A stretch of 64,000 nt of DNA from contig JBHGNT010000020.1 of the NCBI GenBank assembly GCA_043228905.1, forward strand, positions 5,394,001 to 5,458,000, given 5' to 3'. The DNA comes from Azolla caroliniana. Its lineage: Eukaryota > Plantae > Polypodiophyta. The notes beneath the pieces are model-generated. The model had not been told where the DNA came from. It saw only the letters and a program-made list of their open reading frames with translations, and did not search any database. Position numbers and translations under genes: made by a program. Position 1 is the first letter of the stretch. Each line of letters opens with the position of its first letter. Below, piece by piece: positions 62,880-64,000 of this stretch.

Positions 62880-63178
62880 GAGAACACACAGAAACTCAAT
62901 TCAAAATAATACTCAATCTATACATACACCGTGCCCAGTGAGCACCTTTTATACAAGCCCTGACAATAGGGCTGACACAAGTACTGATAGTACTGGACCA
63001 CTCATAAATGAGCCTACTACACTAACTCCCAAAATTATTCCTTAAGAGGAATATCATGCTAACGACCTTCCAGTTTACGCACCGATAAGGCCATGTTATG
63101 CGTACTGATTTACACACCTAGTCTACACACTGGATTACACATCGTATTACGCATGAATGTTGAGCTTGTCTCTCAACA
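55379..63178 (-). mobile_element. Ty1/copia ([10 protein letters not shown] family), 3' end deleted, interrupted by 58137-61483
   Basis: 5' LTR at 62753-63178, PBS and gag at 62668. The frame KLMNV|LHIP rejoins across the insertion. INT, RT and RH fragments extend to about 55380. Confidence 0.9.
58137..61483 (+). mobile_element. Rearranged Tork-like copia: LTR stub, PPT, full LTR (58220-58829), PBS, gag-pol, LTR tail
   Basis: TSD ACACG/AAACG (4 of 5 match). gag ORF 58860-59777. Pol stops at about 61357 and jumps into LTR U5 sequence at 61362-61483. Confidence 0.88.
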
Positions 63179-63388
63179 ACAAGGTTGTAGGCACCTCGAA
63201 GATCTAACTTCGTGAAATACTTTGCTCCACTGAGGCGTTCTAGAAGGCTTGAGATCAATGGTAGAGCATATCGGTTTCTAATAGTCACTTTATTCAAGCC
63301 CCAATAATCCACGCCCATACGAACCGTACCATCTTTCTTCTTAACAAAAAAGATGGGTGCACCAACAGGAGATCTTGAATGTTGGATA
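63179..63388 (-). mobile_element. RT fragment of a second Tcn1-like chromovirus copy
   Basis: [42 protein letters not shown]. Covers the same RT segment as 55181-55378, so it is a separate copy. Confidence 0.85.
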
Positions 63389-64000
63389 TGACGAGAACTT
63401 CTCGTTCCTTATCTGCAACGCTCGGCCACAACCGAGCTTAGAATCATATACAGAAAACGGGAAATAAATGCACGACACAGTGAAGAGAAGAGTACACAGG
63501 ATGTTTACGTGGAAAACCCAAACTAGGGAAAAAAAATCACGGCAACCCACAGGCTGCAAACTATCATTATGTTAGAATGTACAACAGTGAGGTCACGGAG
63601 GCAACGACCTCGTGCTCACAATCCTCGCCACAGGCGGCGGTTATGCGTTATCTCTCTTCTTGCACCAACAAGAATAACAACAACAACAATAGTTTGCCCT
63701 AAGTCATATTTATACTAATATGACTTTTCGGCTATTTACAAATATAGCCACGATGGGATCTTAGAAACATATTTACGAATATGTCTCTTCATCCGGTGAG
63801 CACTTCTCACCGGGTCTGCACCATGCGGCTCTCCGTAGCCGGGTACTCCTCATCCGGTTCTCACCGGGTTTGCACCATCCGGCTCTCCGTAGCCGGGTAC
63901 TCCTCATCCGGTTCTCACCGGGTCTACAGCATCCGGCTCTCCGTAGCCGGGTACTCCTCATCCGGTTCCGGCCTCGGCCGAGATTGTTTGTCGGCACTGT
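63389..64000 (-). repeat. Tork-like copia LTR with three 54-bp U3 tandem repeats; continues past the window
   Basis: Terminus TGACGAGAACT... matches 52539 and 54546. Repeats at about 63800-63968. Confidence 0.88.

Noticed and set aside
63773-63997. ORF with 18-aa repeats, or a CRISPR-like array
   Set aside because: It is a translation of spacer-less 54-bp LTR tandem repeats. There are no unique spacers or cas genes.

Overview
Eukaryotic, almost certainly land-plant nuclear DNA. The TE mix (Tcn1-type chromovirus, Athila/Phygy-like gypsy, Sola-like transposase) and a 7.7-kb intron suggest a large-genome non-seed plant such as a fern; this is inference. There is one intact host gene, a 6-exon plastid uroporphyrinogen decarboxylase (HEME1/UROD1-like, 29739-39914, + strand, 409 aa). 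Almost everything else is nested, decaying transposons. From 1 to 22.4 kb, a Ty1/copia sits inside a Ty3/gypsy, which sits inside an antiparallel relative, with both TSDs resolved. A full copia lies just upstream of the gene and a truncated copia lies in intron 3. Downstream are a LINE remnant carrying two hAT-type MITEs, a Sola-like transposase relic, and a dense copia/chromovirus mosaic from 44.5 to 64 kb. The most striking observation is in the complete gypsy element (3848-19419). It has no polypurine tract before its 3' LTR. Instead it carries a copy of a tRNA-Arg 3' half ending in CCA, 2 nt from the LTR, which reads as a second, antisense, bipartite primer-binding site. This suggests both DNA strands may be tRNA-primed. 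The same family also has a conserved ~920-aa extra coiled-coil ORF after pol.
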